This document shows, in pieces, positions 26,386-38,514 of a stretch of DNA of 64,000 bases (positions are counted from its first letter, which is position 1; each line of letters opens with the position of its first letter). Under the pieces are notes generated by a model. The model made no database searches. It worked only from the letters and a program-made list of their open reading frames with translations, and was not told the DNA's origin. The stretch covers positions 17,646,651-17,710,650 of the forward strand of contig CM120647.1 of NCBI GenBank assembly GCA_051362555.1, in the 5' to 3' direction. Both the position numbers and the translations under genes were made by a program. The stretch comes from Lingula anatina (taxonomy: Eukaryota > Animalia > Brachiopoda).

Positions 26386-27546
26386 ATTTGGTTCATACGA
26401 GGACGACATATAATTTATATTTAAATTCTGTGCCTGGGTAAATAATCAAATTTGTTCTTGTGTGGACAGAACAAACTGTCAGTTGTAGGTTTCACTGAAA
26501 AAGCTTTCTCATCATTCATTAGACTATCGTTTTTATACAACTTTGCTATAAAACCTACCTAATACCCCTCTAGAGTTTATGCCTCTTATAAATACGATAA
26601 GCCTGGGACCATTTGAGGACAGAAAGCACCAAGTTGACCGACCGACGAATAATTAGTGATTTTTACCATTTTTTTCTGGCATTTTTTGTGCGTTGCTAGG
26701 GTTATACTTTAGATGTCAACTAAAAGGCTATAGGTTGTAAACTGCTGCCATGTTTTCTTCAGGAACAGGCACGGGTGTCGTGCAGTGTGGCACCTCTGGC
26801 GGAGGGAGCTACTGACTGTGAACGGTGCAGGGGTTTGTTTATAAACAAGAGGGCTGCACGTGTTCAAGTACTGGCGGTAAGAAAAGTAACTTTTCAACAG
26901 TATGTTTTTGTGCCATTGGGGGTTATGTCAGTGTGCCTGCTGTCCATGGGGATAAAAAATGTTTCACCAAATCATATTGCAGTTTGCAGGCATCTCTTAT
27001 TATGGCCGTCAATGGAAAATTATTTGGTTGTTTCTGAACTCGATAATGTCTGTATCATGTGATCATGGCCCCTAAATTTTGAATTCCAAGTGTCAGAATT
27101 CCAAGTGGGTACAATTATTGACAGTTATTACAATATCTATCCGACAATGAGGGAAGGATGTACAATGTGTTCGTTCTGAATTCAGAAGTTCACGCACATC
27201 ATATCTATGCAATTATGATTAATTTACATTCATCAGCATGTTATGTTATATCCGCTATTTCAATGTATATTGCATGTTGTTATTGCTATATCCGACAGAT
27301 TGACTGTAAAGTTGTATATCTTTAAAATAAAGTTACATGATCAAAAATGACTTGAAAGGGAACTGCTCTTAGAATAGTGACACGTGCCCTATCTCAAATT
27401 GAAAGACCCACTCTAAGATTCATCTACCTGTACACGACAGTATGTTTCTTATAATCATCCCATCTACTTTGCTTCCAGTATCTCACCAACAGTTGGAGAT
27501 TTTACTTTAACATAGCACTCATTCATTTTGCAGTTTAGCCTCAACC

Positions 27547-30500
27547 ATGGCTTTCCCAATTACTTTAGAAAATCGGATCAAGCTTCAGAAAAATTGGGAA
27601 GCCATTTGTGACGACTTAGTTGTGAAGCACGTTTCCCACAAGCTCATCACCAGAGGTATTCTGACCCAAAAGGAACTGAATGATGTATTAAAAGAAGAAA
27701 CTCCCCTTGAGCAGACTCAGAAGCTCCTTACTCTTTTGTTAACCAAGGACAATCAATACTTCGAGTGCTTCCAAACATGTTTGCAAGAGGACTATAGTTG
27801 GCTGGTAGATGGACTGTCGGGAACTGTTGTGACTGAAGAAGACAGAGAGACGTTTACAGGTTAGTACAAGAAAACTTGTAGATAGACACAAATGTAGTGG
27901 CTTCAGTTGGAATTTACATCTGGTAGGGTTAACGTTTTACAGCTTTTGATTGTTAAAAACGACATTCACTGAGAAATAAATAAAAGTGGTATATGAAACC
28001 GCGATTTACATGCAGAGAAAATGAGTCATAGGTAAACAAAAAACTGACAGTTATTAAGTTTCGAGAGTTTTATCTTTCAATAAAAGTTTTTTTGAATAAT
28101 TCGTCTTCGTGCTTATTTTTTGCATAGTAGCAGTTTCCATTGCTTTCCTGCCTTCTGTGATGAAAATCGAATGTTTGTTAATGGAATAAAATTAAAACTG
28201 CTTTAGAAAATCATGTAGCCGTAACCATGAAATGACAGTTTGCTCAACCACTCTGTGTCTTTCTCATTGTTCATCGTTTTAACTCCCATTCCATTTACAT
28301 GCATGGCCTCTTTCAGCGTCTGTCCTAGATCAATGTTCTCTCCCCATGCCCCCTTTATGCTTTGAGGGACGCTGTGATGAGGTTAAGGACATAACGCAAT
28401 TTCTCCATAACGGCGGTCGGCTAGCCATCATCCAAGGGTCTGGTGGGCAAGGGAAGACCGCCCTTGCTACGGTTATTGCTCACAAATTTGTCTCAAGATT
28501 TGGAATCCGCTCCGTTATGGCAGACCTGAAAAATGTTTCCACCGAGTCAGATATTGTTACATCATTGTTATTAGCTTTAAAATTAGATATGGATTTAGAT
28601 TCAGAACACTCTGACCCAGAGAAACTTCTCACAAAAGCTTGTCAGGAAATAACACAGTTTGGGCAGAAGATGTTGATAATTCTAGACAATTGCGAGACCG
28701 CCGTGAGAAAAGACACACTTGATTATTTCCGTGGTTTGTTAGACAAGTTGAACACAAACTGCAGAAATGCATATGTATTATGCACGTCACGTGAAAAGAT
28801 TCATTTACCTAACATGAAGGTTCATGTCCACCAACTCGACTCCCTCTCACAGTCAGCGTCCCTTTCCGTACTCCGCTGGTATTCCCCTACCCTGGACCGT
28901 GAAGAAGGGAACATTCTAGCTACGAAATGCGGATTCATGGCGTTGTTACTCCATATTTTGGGGTATCTGCTTAAACAAGGAATGAAGGCCACCGATTTGG
29001 TAAAAGAGCTTGCTTGTAGCGTAGAGTTTTACAAAAAAATATTTAGTCTGGCACCGGAATTACAAGAAGTTTACGCTTGTATCAACCTTACATATAAACG
29101 ACTGAGCCCTGAGGAACAGATGGCGTTTCAACTTCTGTCAGTTTTCCCGTCAAAATTTACCGCTGATGAAGCCTTTGCCTTGATAAGCAAAGAATTCCAA
29201 GATATCACATCACTAGAGACTAATAATTTACTCCGGACTCTGTATAACACCTCGATGCTTGCGTATGATGATATAAGACAAGAATATGACATGCACAGCA
29301 TAATTCAGGCCTTTGCTCAATATGAAATGTCAGCAGAAAATAAGGAGCGATTAAATATGCATTTTTTAAATTTCATGGAACCTAGTTTAAGCGATCTGAA
29401 CAGAAAGGATCACCGTGAAGGAGTGTCTTATTTTGAAAGAGAAAGAGATAGGTTTGCTAAATTTATTGACATTTTCAGTATCCTATCACTTTCGTCAAGG
29501 CAAAATCTCTACGGCAAAATGAAGGAGTTTGCAGTGCGTCTCTCTGCCCTACACAGGTACCGCCATGCATTTCGCGTCTATAAAACCCTGTTAGCAACCG
29601 TCCTTGAAGTTGGGGGAATTGCAAACATTGCTGAAAGTGCTTTTATATACAGTACCATCGGCCTTTTGCATATGCGCATCAGAGAGATACCAGCTGCCAT
29701 TGAAAACCTGACGAAAGCAATTGAGATATACGACTCCCTACCAGATAAATGCAGTCATGAACAATATTTTCACAGTATCTTTAATCTTTGGTCAATATAT
29801 GTTTTGGAACATAAAATTTCAGAAGCTTGCATGTTGCTCGAGAACCATAATACGACAGCTCCTGGTGATTTTTCAAGATTTCTTTTTACAATGTTAAAAA
29901 ACGCGACCAAGTCTGAAGAAATGCCGCAAGATATTAATTCTGTTCTGGAACCTTTGTTTAACAATTCTATACACTCACATAGTTTACATGAATCATTTGA
30001 GAACTGCATGCATAGTGGCACCCGACATGCACCGACTGAGATCATGGTTGGAGAATTTGACAATTTTATCGGGGAAGGTATGCAAAACTTCCTTGTCGAT
30101 GTCGCACAATTTTCTTTCCCTATGGAAAAAAGTGGAAACTTAAACTTAATAGATCAGGCAACCAAAATAGATCAGGATATAATAAAGCTGGACAATGCAG
30201 GCGGTGCAGTCGATGCCATCAGGATAGAAGTGGCTCTTTTGGAAAATATCCTGGGAGAAAACCAAAAGATGACTGCAAACTCAATTCATATGCTGGGTTG
30301 TGCCTTGTCAGCACATGGGAAACATGCAGATGCCCTCAGTACATTCCAAAGAGCTCTAGGTATATTTGATAAAGTGTCTGGCGAATGTCCGGAAACAGCC
30401 TATACCCTCCTCAGAATTGGCCAGGAAATGATAAATCTGGGCAATGCAGAAGGTGCAGTCGAAGTCCTCAGGAAAGCTGTGGCTATGTGGGAAGAGATGA

Positions 30501-31084
30501 TGGGAGAAAACCACAAGATGACAGCAGCTACGATCACTTTGCTGGGTCGTGCCTTGTCAGCACAGGGAAAACATACAGATGCCCTCAGTACACTCCAAAG
30601 AGCTCTCCGTATAGGTGAGCAAGCGTTGGGTGATAGCGCTAGCACAGCTAATACGATGTTCTACCTGGGCCAGGAAATGAAGCTAATAGGCGACATTAAG
30701 GAGGGCCTTAAGATGCACCAACGAGCTCTGGACATACGTCACTCTGTACTTACTGACCACGAAGACACCCTACTTAGCCTTGAAGCTGTTGCTGATCTCT
30801 TGGACCTCAACGGGAAACCCTCAGAGAGTGCAGATGTGAAGAAAGAAGCCACCGCCATGAAGGAAAGACTAGAAGCTGCAAAATTAAAGGCGCAAAAAAA
30901 GGCACGTGCCGCTAAAGAGATATTTGAAAATGAAATCTTTCTAAAAACTATACAAAGACAGTTGGAAGACCTTGACCTTGGGTCAAAACCAGGCAACCCA
31001 TCAGGAGGCAAAACCGAGAATAAAGAAGCTGATTCTACATCAACTGAACAAAAAAGAGAGATGGATGATTTTGATCTCGATTAA
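27547..31084 (+). CDS. CARD + NB-ARC/STAND P-loop NTPase + TPR-repeat protein (Apaf-1/NLR-like), 2 coding exons, about 1026 aa
   Basis: Exon 27547-27859 (CAACCATGG start; CARD-like 'LQKNWEAICDDLVVKHVSHKLITRGILTQKELNDV...QTQKLLTLLLTKDNQYFECFQTCLQEDYSWL') splices in phase 1 (ACAG|gttagt...tttcag|CG) to exon 28317-31084. Motifs: Walker A GSGGQGKT, Walker B MLIILDN, VLCTSRE, CGFMALLL (degenerate GxP), YDMHS (MHD-like), and C-terminal approximately 42-aa TPR units. An acceptor at 27533 implies a non-coding first exon upstream. Confidence 0.9.
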
Positions 31085-31900
31085 CTCTTCAGATATAGTG
31101 CACAACAGACAAGCGAGTATGTGGTGACACGACGTTCATGACTTTCATGGGATTTTCTTTTCCTTTTTATTATGTGCAGATAATACTACAGAATCATCCC
31201 AGGTGAAAACAGAATAATTTATCTAGTGATATACGTGATGTGAAGATAAAGGGCTCGAAGGAACATGATATTGAATGAATTTCGAACATGAACGCAAGGC
31301 AGAGGGTGAAATTAGACATAATTGATATTATAAGCGCCAGCGTATGAGGGTTGTTTTTGATCAAAGGCATAGAACAGCGCCCTGTTCACATGCCATGTCC
31401 AATATACCAAGGGACGGGGGGTAGGTTTCTATCGTCCTACATAACATACTATTGGATTTGCTCAGGTACTGTATATATACTGTAAACAAAAAGAAATTGG
31501 ATGCATTCAAAAAGGCGGAATCGAAAATAGTATAAATAATCTAAGAGAATACGACATCCCAAGGAGAAACATTTGTATTAGAAATGACAAGTCTAGAAGA
31601 AGTGGTGTATTGTCATTGTATAGTGAGCAAAACATGTTATCTGCTACATTATTTTAATTCCAAAACGTGTGAGCCCTGAAAAATACGCTTTACTATACTT
31701 ATTTGAATATGTGTTTGTTGTTTTATTTGTGAATATGCATGTGTAAATAGTGGTACACCTATTTTGATATAGAAAATAATATTATGCCAAAAAGGTGTTT
31801 ATTCATTTCCATGGACGTCCAGGTGTAAGACCATCGGTTACATTATTGCGAATCAACTGGTGTGGGAATCGGTTCAGGAAAGATTTGCACAGGCATATAC

Positions 31901-31903
<3 letters not shown>

Positions 31904-31957
<54 letters not shown>
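31904..31957. repeat. (TA)n microsatellite
   Basis: Perfect TA run. Confidence 0.95.
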
Positions 31958-31960
<3 letters not shown>

Positions 31961-32149
31961 GAACTTGACCAGAGACAGATTGTACACCTGTGTATTGTAA
32001 CGACACTAATTATGAAGTGTTATTATAATAAAAAGTCAAACGCTGATAGAAATAGTTCAATACTTGTATAAATGATGTTAACATTGGTCTTGAAAGGCCA
32101 TGTTAAAACTTTACAGTAGTACATGTAAATGAAACAGGGCTACGATTCC

Positions 32150-34250
32150 TTACAAATTTTATCCAAGAGAGAAACTAAGACAGATAAATCAAAGAGAGAG
32201 CCTGACTTGTACACACATTATGACGTTATACAAGTACTAGTATATTCCTCTGAAATGATACATGTATGTAACAGTATAGACATAGATGTAATGTTAAATG
32301 GAATCCAAGTCCGAGGCAAAACATAGGATACATATATAATTTTATAGTCAAATATTGAGGACTGGTTATGATTGACAAAACCAAAGCTGCACACCTGCTA
32401 CAGATTGTTGAATCTTTGGGATATGCTGCTCTGAATAGCTACTGGGCTACAAGTACCAGACTGGACATTTTGCATATACGGGGCATCCACCAGTGGATGG
32501 CGCTGCGGGTGCTTGAAAGGCAAGGGGACACTTCAATTTGGGTAACCGATGTGCAGGTAAGACCATCCATTTATTTAATTACTCAATTAAACAATCAATT
32601 AAACATGTGGTGCATTTGATATAACAGACCAACCAGATTTTAATCTGAAAATATCAATTTTGAACCAAAAATGTTTTTGATGGCCAGCAATAATACTAGT
32701 CCATTAATGGAATGACAGTGCATATTACATTATTCCCACATAATGCCTCAAGCTTTTGTAAGTTTTGAATCAGAAGCTCACAATTATAAGTTCCTTTTGT
32801 TTAACAGGTCTGTTACCAAATACGGTATATGAAACATTATTTCTTTTAGGACCACATCGGTGCCTTGCTTCATATCTTCTGCTGCAGACTCTGACGTTGC
32901 CAGTCCAGACGTTATGATGTTATAATATGATGACATATGACATGATGACGTTGCAGCTCTCCTAGATGTGGTAAGTATACTTCCATCCAAAAGATGTCTT
33001 TGTTTCTTTCGAGTGAAGAAACACTATGTATGTAGCAAAAATATTCATTTCCCTCAGTATTATCTTTATTAAGGTAGATTCAGGATATCAGAATTATTAC
33101 GGTAGATTCATGATATCCGGAGTAGTTTTATTTTGCGTACATCCCCCCCCCCCCCCTAAAAAAGCAGAGATGTTTACAGAGAATATGGAGCAATTTAACT
33201 CTTTCGGGAATGATTTTTAATATCACTGGAAGAGGAAAATAGATTACCATTAGGTCTCAGACTCTGGAAGTTTCTCTTACCCCCATTCACCTAAAAACAA
33301 CATAGGCAGTTAGGCCTACACATGTAGGATTATGGTGATGGTAAGAATATATAAGAACTTAGGCTTCAAAGTCTTGAACTACTTGGAGTCGAGATTTTGT
33401 GCGAAATCACTTTCACCCCCACCCCCACCCCAACCACTTTTCACCTCCGACCACCCACCTTCAAACCCTCAATTGGAAATCGTATAGATTGACATATGGT
33501 CATTAATTAAAATAATACAAGTCAATAGATGATTATTTCAAACTAATAAGTAATAAATTGTTTCGCTTGAAATGACTGGCAATTCTTGGCATTTGAAATA
33601 TCTTTTTTCAGACTGAACATGTTTACCAATGTAGCAGTAGTATGTCCCAATTGTGCCAAATGTCCAATGATATTATGAATTTGGCATCATGAGAAGACCA
33701 TCAAGGTAACTATGTTTTTTGCATTACTATTCCTTTTTAAACTTCTCACTTTTTCGTTCAAGATATATTGGATTCCACATTCATTTTGTTTTTTAATGAA
33801 TATTTCAATAGTTTTATAACAAAGTAAAGCCCTTTTGGAGGACTGACTACAAATAATAATCTGATCAGTATTTTTAGTATTGGTAATAGCATTATTAAAA
33901 TAAATCACCATATTTCCCTGAATGGATCGCTTACGTTTTCACTGCCAATAAAATTATTAAGACATCGTCTCATTAAAGATAGTTGTCTGCTTTTAATTTT
34001 CAGTAAGTGGCTACCGGAAGACATATTATGTGTGTTTGTTTGACAGCCTCCGTTACCATTCCAAGATTACCTCGTCCACAGACAGTTATCCTCTGATTAA
34101 ATTACATGACTGACATATAACATAAATGTGTATCTTTTTTATATCTGTGATTATCAAAACTTAAATTAAATCAGAATTAGTGATTATAAAAATAGCTTTT
34201 AAATAGTTTTCAGTAGCATGATGGGTTTTCATTAATGAAAAATACTGTAT
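32150..34250 (+). pseudogene. Degenerate multi-exon gene relic, copy 2; paralogue of 3800-5960
   Basis: Exon-like segments at 32348-32556, 32850-32970, 33612-33705 and 34004 onward. Shared blocks with copy 1 include TTGGGATATGCTGCTCTG, GTGCAG|GTAA, TTTCTTTTAG|GACCACATCGG, TTGGATTCCACATT, CAGTAAGTGGCTAC and ACAGACAGTTATCCTCTGA. Translation 'WTFCIYGASTSGWRCGCLKGKGTLQFG*PMC' has a TAA at 32543. Confidence 0.5.
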
Positions 34251-34589
34251 ATGTTGTGGACTTTATTTTTATTGAGCTGTTTCAAATGGACAATGGGAAA
34301 CATGTTATTGATGACATGATTATTCACAGTATGTGAAATTTCCCTGCATTGTTTAATTTCTTCTTTTTAATTCCAGTAAGTAGCTGAGTGAAAAATAATA
34401 ATTTGATTTGAAAAAACATTAAATTCTTCCATTTTATAGAAAAAGTTAGCTAAAATAACTCAGCTGTCTTATTTCTTACATCTTCCTGGCCTATATTTTT
34501 TCATTTTCAGTGCTAATTTGAGTGAGCATGTAACACCTTGCACTTTCACCTCTGCTTTAAATCCAGTTTATCTGTGACTTAATCCACTG

Positions 34590-35235
34590 CTAACTCTTCA
34601 CCTCCATCTCTTTCCTGTCATCATCTAATCTCCACACAGCCACATTAAGAGGGTCCTTAATGATCCTCTCGTGGACTTCAATAAACAGAGGACAGTATAT
34701 TAAAAAGTCCAAAAACTCCACCATTCCATTTTTATACCTATTAAATTTATTGACGACCTGAAAAGATTAAATTATTATTAAGTTTAAAAATAGTCTCCAA
34801 AATATGTGAAATGCAAAATGTTCAGTCCAAACTTGTCACCCATCTAACATTTCTAAATTTCTAAAGAAGAAAAAAGAGCAAATAAAAAGAAGAAGTAAAC
34901 CAATTGTAACATTTTGAATAATCGAATTATCAGTAAATTCTTATGCCAGATCCAACTTATCATAATGATTTTATACCAATCAGGAACAAAATGAGTGTTC
35001 TTATTAAGGAAAATATAAATAAGTAAATAAATAAGTTGAGTGATTTATCAATTAATGAATTTATGAACATCACAGCTGTGTTAGTTGAGATAATGAGCAC
35101 AATCTATCTCACCCATTGAGTGTGTTCTGGAGTAATGCCACCTGCTGCCAGCTCTATTGCCAAGGTATCAGCATCTATTCTTCCATCTGGCATGCCAGCT
35201 GTTTGGTTATCTAGGAGGAAGAACAGCTCCTGGAA

Positions 35236-35280
<45 letters not shown>

Positions 35281-35372
35281 TAATAGAACATTTCATTTAA
35301 CAAAAATCATTCTATAAGAACCACATAAAAGTTTAATTGACTACTGCTTTGTAGCATTTCTTACCAATAGAA

Positions 35373-35419
<47 letters not shown>

Positions 35420-36370
35420 CAATAACACGTCTTATTAAACTAGGACTGTTTAGGCTCAGGATTATAGGGATGTTATCGGACTGTGACTTTATTTAATTTT
35501 TGATATAAATTTACAAAATCATATTATTACATTCCCAATGCCTTACCTTGCACTTGCCCATCTTTATATCCAGAGCCTCAAAGTCAAACTTGTTTATCAA
35601 CTTTCTTGTTATTGGACTGAAACAGAAGACAGTGATATTATTCTTTATAAAGAAAAAGATATTTTCCAGCAAAAATTCGGAAAACAGGTTTTTGAGATCA
35701 AATATTCATGGCGTAAAAAATATAACTGAAAAAATACGTACAATCAAACTCCACTTCACAACAATTTTTAAGGAAAATAAATGTCACCACAAGTGACATT
35801 ATAAGATTTAGATATAAAAAAATTAAGAAATCAGGTGTAGAATCTTTAAATAAACTCACTCTAGTTGTTTCACTTTCTCAGACAAAGCTGCCACTGCACT
35901 GAACAGTTTCAGATTTAGCCTGTGTCTGCCTGGAAGATCCAGAACCTGCAAGAGCCAAAAAGGAACTTTACTTCTTTGACAATATACACAAGATACTCAG
36001 ATATATTTGTTCTCTGTTACAACAGTGACACATTTGGCCTGGTAGGAAATAAGTAAAAAATCAAATTATGTAAAAAATGTACTACATCAGCAATTAATAA
36101 AATAAGGGTCCACTGAATAAGGGCATACTTTAACCCAAATGTTTTATGCATTTATATGTATTTAGGCTATCTCATAAATACTCCACCTTTGAAATTTACA
36201 CAAACATACAAAATAAATACAAAAATAATTATTATCAGAATAACAGGGCTGGACTTGACTTACATGGTAGACAAACTGGAACTCTCTGTCTGTTAATAAG
36301 TTGTTGTTAATTCTCTGCAGTGCTGCCTCAACTTCTTCAACATTGATTTCAACATCCTGGAAAATTAAAC

Positions 36371-36407
<37 letters not shown>

Positions 36408-38469
36408 TATTAGTTCTTGGTAAAACCATAAGTACCCATAGTATAATTCACTGAAGGGAAACTTCATCACAAAACATTAACAAAACAGATTTTCATCTCT
36501 TTTTAAGTACCATATCTTCCATGTTCAAAGACAATAATTCCATTTAACTAAAACATGCATAGGGTATCCATATAATTATTTCTCCCAAAGTAAAGATGTA
36601 CTCACAGGCACTGGATTGATCTGCTGGTAAAGAGGACTTTGTTTCCTTCTGAATTCTCTTGTCCTCTCATTTTCAATTTGCTCCTTGAGAAATAGATCCC
36701 TAGTGTAAACTTCCATTTCTCGTTTTTCCTCTACAAAAAAATATAAAATAATTAATTAATTAATTAAATTTGGAAATTCAATGGTATTTTATAAAGAAAG
36801 GTGTAGCTATTCAGACTGCCTGTCTCCCAAAGTCAATGCCAATACTCAGTAATCTTGGACAGATATCACTACTTTAAATTTCGCTTGATGTTCAATCACT
36901 TATACTTCTCTATAAAAACAGTGACTTTGGACACATATAGAATTTTGAAATATCCCTTTAATTAAGGCTTTAAATCTTCTCCTTTCATATCTTACCATCT
37001 GTGATGTTCATTCTGGCCTCCAGTTCTGCCATCTTCTTCTCTATGATAGATAATTGAGCATCTGTTCTGGTTACCTCTGGCATATTGGAGATCTGGAAGA
37101 GCAATTGTGTTAGGTGTGACAGCACACATTGTGTTGGTTGAGCATGATGGCAGATGAGAAGAAAGCAATGTGTTTACTTGACATTTCTTTGCCAAATGTT
37201 GACTGGTTTTTCTAAAACTGGCTTTAAATTTTTTGTACAAAAATTGAAAAACTTTCCAAACAGTTTTCTACTTTAACCTAGGAATACATTCCTAAGGAAG
37301 AGACATCTCTTCTTTGCTAAATTTCATGCATTTCAATTACGATTAATTTTTCCCTGCAGGCAGTAATTTTGACTCCATATACCTTTGTCAATTACATATA
37401 ACAATCAAAATATAAATATAAATATTTTAAAATTTATTTGTGGTCAGTCTAAATGAACATGTCAATATAAACCACCTACCATTGACCACATCTTACTGTC
37501 CAGCCTGCCAATAATTTCATCAGCGGTCAGTTTCTTCTTGGGCTGCTGTTCATCCTGAGTGGAGGGCATCTCAGTGACCAGCACTTGATTCTTCTGAAAT
37601 GTTCAGAAAATAAAGTGTTTTTTTATTTCTTACCAAAGTTAAGTACAAACATATATCATTCAAATTGTGGAAGGGGAATTAAATGCACATTATTTCCTGC
37701 TGAATACATGTATATATATTTAGTGTTTATGTTTAAAAGCTTTAATTTACATAAATACAATTCACAGCATTGTTCTTTCAATGATAAGCCCATATTAAAA
37801 TTTTAACTTGAACATCAAGAAAACAGATTTCAGATTAGGTTACATTTGCTCAGCTGGAGTAATTGTACCTTTTTTTCTGACAAACAAGACTTTAAGCCAT
37901 CTTCTTTTCATTTCTGATTCTACAGATTCAATATCCTAAAATTAATATCTTTAGTTCTAATCATAATATGTAAATACCTCTATTTGTTCAATATTACCTT
38001 CTTTCCTTTCCCTTTTCCCTTGGCAAAGGTATCATAGTCTGGTCTCATGAGGTCTGGGAGATCTTCTTTGATTGTGTTGAAAATAAACTGCTTTTTCTGA
38101 CCTGCAGGGTACACAGATTCAACAGCTGTCACAACTAACACAATGGCACAATCATTTCAGTTCTTTTTCAGCTGAAGTTGATAATTTTTCACATTTACCA
38201 CTACCAATTAAAACAGCAATTAATAAACAACTGCAATGAAGCACTGAGGGGAAATAATGTTTTGCTTTCGAAACTGGCATAATACCTTTTTAAATACAGC
38301 ACATATACATAGTATGGTTATACCATATACATGTATTGAGACAAATTTGACTCATGTAGCCCTTGCAATGATACAGAATTAATTTACTTTATGTACATTT
38401 GTTGATGTTATAATCCCATGTGTAACACCTGTACCTGTGCTTCCATTGTGGTTGTTCATGCAGATATTG

Positions 38470-38514
<45 letters not shown>

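Larger units (their letters stand above)
16900..26890. repeat. Dispersed/tandem array of diverged units with a GATA motif and terminal splice-donor motif (candidate duplicated promoter/first-exon modules)
   Basis: The core 'GCTG(T/C)CATT..CTG(C/T)T..AGGGG..GATAAG..CCGC(G/A)TCAG(G/A)AAA..GACTA..GGCGA..GGAGG..CGACG' recurs at about 18250-18460, 21620-21820, 24095-24345 and 24745-24980. Partial copies lie at about 20580-20830, 22070-22150, 23590-23680 and 25450-25640, with an inverted copy at about 16900-17000. Donor-like ends occur at 20811, 22144, 24330, 24965, 26877 and (minus) 16911. Confidence 0.7.

Noticed and set aside
29770-31011. Short antisense or alternate-frame ORFs inside the NTPase-TPR exon
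   Set aside because: Shadow ORFs with no domain signature.
32353-32619. In-frame TGA before ORF 32368 as possible selenocysteine, or the ORF as an intact gene
   Set aside because: The paralogue has TAA at the equivalent position and the frame is not conserved between copies. No SECIS was recognised.
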